Source of the DNA: a virus
Virus genome (UHGV): UHGV-0136052
Reading direction: 5' to 3' (one strand)
Length of the DNA stretch: 37,081 nt
Below the pieces are notes generated by a model, which did not search any database, was not told the DNA's origin, and saw nothing but the letters and a program-made list of their open reading frames with translations. The stretch's first letter is position 1, and every line of letters starts with the position of its first letter. A program made the translations under genes and the position numbers. Below are positions 33,894 through 37,081 of this stretch, piece after piece.

Positions 33894-34136
33894 ATGTTCT
33901 CTCTGATTCAACGTGGTCAGATATACACCGATAGCGCCGGCTATCCAGTAAAAATCATTCGTAGTACTGATCACTCAGTATTCTTCAAGAGGATGGATGG
34001 CTATCCTGGAAGGGTGTGCATCAGAAAATTCAATAATTTATTCGAACACATTGATCACAGAGAATATCACCAGATCCTGGCTGAAACAGAACAGGAGAAC
34101 CATCTGAAAAAATTACGTGCCATGCAAAGGAGATAA
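33894..34136 (+). CDS. Hypothetical early protein (80 aa)
   Basis: ORF in early-left operon. Confidence 0.45.
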   Translation: MFSLIQRGQIYTDSAGYPVKIIRSTDHSVFFKRMDGYPGRVCIRKFNNLFEHIDHREYHQILAETEQENHLKKLRAMQRR

Positions 34137-34254
34137 ACCGGTAAAGGTGTTTGAGATAAAGGTGAATATTGGCAATGAATAACAATCCTCGCACTCGCGG
34201 GGATTTCTTTTATCTGAACTCGTTACGGCGGGTTTTGTTTTATGGAGACAAGAA

Positions 34255-34599
34255 ATGTCAGATTTGGCTATGAAGGTTTTGAAATGGCAATCGACTGGCG
34301 ATGTTGGCATCAGTAGCGCAACTCTTGCCTCAATCGCATGTGGACTGAAAAAGAATATCTATGGTCATAGCTTCGGTGCTCCACATGACGCAGCCGATTT
34401 CCGGCGATGCGTTGCGCTTGTCGAGCAGATTCCAGAAATCAGAGATTCATTCGACAAGGTTGCAAAGCGCGTTCCGGCATTCAAAGGCATCCTCAACGAA
34501 TGGGATTCCCTCGTTGCTCTGTTGAAGTCTGAAATGAAGATACACGGAAACAAAGCACCAGAGACTTACAGAAGAATTAGCGAACTACGCAAGGACTAA
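34255..34599 (+). CDS. Hypothetical early protein (114 aa)
   Basis: ORF in early-left operon. Confidence 0.5.
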   Translation: MSDLAMKVLKWQSTGDVGISSATLASIACGLKKNIYGHSFGAPHDAADFRRCVALVEQIPEIRDSFDKVAKRVPAFKGILNEWDSLVALLKSEMKIHGNKAPETYRRISELRKD

Positions 34600-34720
34600 C
34601 TATGGAATCATACAGCCTCACACTCGATGAGGCCTGACAGTTTCTCAAGATCGCCAGATCTACCGCAACCGACAATAACCGCCACTGAACGGTTTATTTC
34701 TTTATGGAGAAACCATACAA

Positions 34721-34951
34721 ATGACAATCAATATTCAGCCGATTCTAATAAACCGCGAGCGTGTTCAGGAGATGCTTGGTGGTATCTCCAGAACTACTTT
34801 TTACCGGAAGCGTAAACAGTGGGAGCAATCAGGGACACCATTCCCTCGGGAAGTGGAAGAAATCCACCCACCGAAAGGCGGCGCCCTCTTTCGCTACAAG
34901 GAAGTTATTCAGTTTTGCAAAGATAAAGGATTGATTTCCGAACACTCTTGA
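34721..34951 (+). CDS. xis: AlpA-family excisionase / transcriptional regulator
   Basis: ...INRERVQEMLGGISRTTFYRKRK... HTH resembles AlpA/Vis family; adjacent and convergent to int. Confidence 0.65.
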   Translation: MTINIQPILINRERVQEMLGGISRTTFYRKRKQWEQSGTPFPREVEEIHPPKGGALFRYKEVIQFCKDKGLISEHS

Positions 34952-36117
34952 ATTTTCTTAGCCCATAATTCTGCTGCGTCCTGCTGCTCGGGGATGTAGT
35001 CATACTGGTCATAAACAGCCAGCATCCCCGTGAGCTTATGCCCGAGAATTTTCTCCGAAACATGAGGTGCTACTCCAAGTTCAGCCATTTTTGTTTTGCA
35101 CGTTCTGCGCAGATCGTGCAATGACCAGTGCTCGCCCCCCATAACATCTTCTACCTGTTCTGCAATAGAAATTAGGGTGCTGGCAGACATTGGGCGATTT
35201 TCCTGTAACTTAGCCGGAGGAAATACGATTGACAGATCAGGGTATAGATCAAATACCTGCTGCAAATAATCTGCTGCGAGTTTTGAAATACCGCGAACAA
35301 ATCGCTTACGCGTTTTTGAGTTCTCTTTCGGTATAGTCCATTCTCTAGACTTCAGATCAAAATCAGTCTTCTTAGCCAACCGCAATTCAACACCACGACA
35401 ACCAGTTAACGCAACAATTCGAATAAACATTTTGTTTTGCCACGACATTTTCGTTTTGTCGATGGCATTCCAGAATGCGCCTATCTCAACATCGTTAAGA
35501 AAACGTTCGCCATTATTAGGTCTACTGCCGATATCATTAATCTCAAGAAGCATCAGTGCATTTGATGTTATGCGTTTTCTGCGTAACGCATAGCGGATCA
35601 CTTGCTTCATCTTCACCAGTACATTTCCCGCCTGTACGGGTGACCCACCTTTTGTTATGCGAATGAATATTTGCTCCCACTCTACAGGACTCATTTCATC
35701 TGCAATCAGCTTACCGTAATTGTCGGTGATGTGAAGTTTCAGCATCCGCTTCCAGTATTCGTACTTCACCATCTCTTTTACTGAAGGAGTATCAAACCAC
35801 TCGTCAACTAGGGTACTGATGCTTGGGGAACTTGATGCAATATCTTTGGCTTTCTTCCTTTGCATGGCTGGGTCTTTACCCTTCTCCAACCACCCTTTAC
35901 ACTCCTCCAATGCATCGCGAGCTTCCTTAAGCGACATCTTCCCGTACGTTCCGAGCTTTAACCTGGCGGGTTTTCCATTGAAACGATAGCGGTATTGAAA
36001 GGTGATAAGTCCCTTCGGGCTGATCCTGACAGAAAGTCCGCCTCCGTCAGCTATCTCCTCAGGTCCCTCATATGCTTTTCCGGATATACGTCGCAGCTTT
36101 GTATCGTTGAGTGCCAT
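34909..36117 (-). CDS. int: Tyrosine site-specific integrase
   Basis: 402 aa; C-terminal catalytic region with HDLRRT... and conserved Tyr. Confidence 0.9.
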   Translation of the reverse strand: MALNDTKLRRISGKAYEGPEEIADGGGLSVRISPKGLITFQYRYRFNGKPARLKLGTYGKMSLKEARDALEECKGWLEKGKDPAMQRKKAKDIASSSPSISTLVDEWFDTPSVKEMVKYEYWKRMLKLHITDNYGKLIADEMSPVEWEQIFIRITKGGSPVQAGNVLVKMKQVIRYALRRKRITSNALMLLEINDIGSRPNNGERFLNDVEIGAFWNAIDKTKMSWQNKMFIRIVALTGCRGVELRLAKKTDFDLKSREWTIPKENSKTRKRFVRGISKLAADYLQQVFDLYPDLSIVFPPAKLQENRPMSASTLISIAEQVEDVMGGEHWSLHDLRRTCKTKMAELGVAPHVSEKILGHKLTGMLAVYDQYDYIPEQQDAAELWAKKIQECSEINPLSLQN

Positions 36118-36145
36118 CCTAATACCTGTTCGTCATCGTCAAAAT

Positions 36146-36167
36146 TGGTACACAATTTGGTACACAA
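36146..36167. repeat. Tandem direct repeats TTGGTACACAA x2 (further GGTACACAA-like copies near 36380 and 36510): putative integrase arm-type sites
   Basis: Direct repeats immediately upstream of int start. Confidence 0.45.
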
Positions 36168-36791
36168 ATTTTACGACACGAGAACGATTGAGATGAACTA
36201 ATTTGAAACAGATAAATCCAGAAAATCAAGGTGTGGCGCGGGATGTATGAAACAGGCAGAAACAAGAGTGAATGCAATGAAATCTCTGATGTTACTTACA
36301 CGAAAGATCACATACAAAGAAAAATTTGTTTATTAACAGTTCATTGCGAAACCATCTAGCCAACAAATGCTAAATTGGTCCGCAATCAGGTACACAAATG
36401 AAAGACATTAACCTCTCACCTTCCACCCGGTTGAACGATGTTAACACTAAAAAAAGGGAGATTGTACCTTTCCGTTTCACATTGATTCGATTCGCAATTC
36501 GTTTGTAGTGAGTACACCAGCAAAACGCTTAAAGAACCACTGATAACATCACAGAGTGTCTGAAAGGTTTACTACGAGCGGATTTACAGCAGCATAAACT
36601 GAATCCAGCAAAGTTCGTTGCGTGATTTGGCGGTAGTATTTAAACGATCATGAGATTAATGACGAAGTAGTCATATCGCAATGATAAAAGTGACACAATT
36701 CTTATAGCAATTTTTCGTGCGCATTTCGTTCTGGCGATAATAATCAATCATCATCCTCAAAATCTCCAGACATATATAAGGCGAATAGATT

Positions 36792-37031
36792 ATGAGTAAA
36801 AACGATATCATTATCAGAACTCATTATGAGTCTCCTCTTAGAATGCACATCGATAGCGACATACTAACGCCTTCATCAGAGCCTATTAATCAATTTGCGC
36901 GCCAGCTCATCACCCTACTTGATACCTCTTATTTAAGTTCGATGCTGTCATACTGTGTTACTCAGGAATTTACCGCAAGCTGTCGAAAAAATATCACACA
37001 ATTGTTATACCACTGCCCTTTTTATCATTAA
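36792..37031 (+). CDS. Hypothetical protein (79 aa), probably in host or junction flank
   Basis: Complete ORF beyond the integrase/att region; no family recognised. Confidence 0.3.
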   Translation: MSKNDIIIRTHYESPLRMHIDSDILTPSSEPINQFARQLITLLDTSYLSSMLSYCVTQEFTASCRKNITQLLYHCPFYH

Positions 37032-37081
37032 CTTTGCCACTTCACCCATCCATGCAGAAAATACACTCATTACATTACACT

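Overview
The window is almost entirely one integrated lambdoid prophage of an enterobacterial host, a mosaic of a P22-like virion module and lambda/434-like regulatory modules. Late genes run on the minus strand: P22-like small terminase, large terminase (interrupted by an in-frame TGA), portal, scaffold, coat, gp4, gp10, gp26, gp14, gp7, gp20, gp16 and a tailspike with a P22-type head-binding N-terminus. The lysis cassette (S, R, Rz/Rz1) and the nin region (ninB-C-D-E-F, rusA, ninH, Q) are lambda-like; two tRNA-like genes sit between Q and S. The immunity region is 434-type (cI, cro, three operators matching 434 OR1-3) with lambda-like cII, O (with internal iteron origin), a DnaB-family helicase, N with nutL/nutR, and ral. 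The early-left operon carries cIII/kil-like genes, Erf plus an SSB-like protein, several unassigned ea-type ORFs, an AlpA-type excisionase and a divergently oriented tyrosine integrase with arm-type repeats. The most interesting content is in two classical lysogenic-conversion loci: a signal-peptide protein translationally coupled to cI (rex position), and its paralog in the P22 immI/sieA position beside a small HEXXH protein and a nonsense-truncated mnt. All homology calls are from recalled reference sequences, not a search. Hand-derived coordinates may be off by 1-3 nt: the displayed sequence near 11640-11700 did not reproduce the supplied ORF translations exactly.
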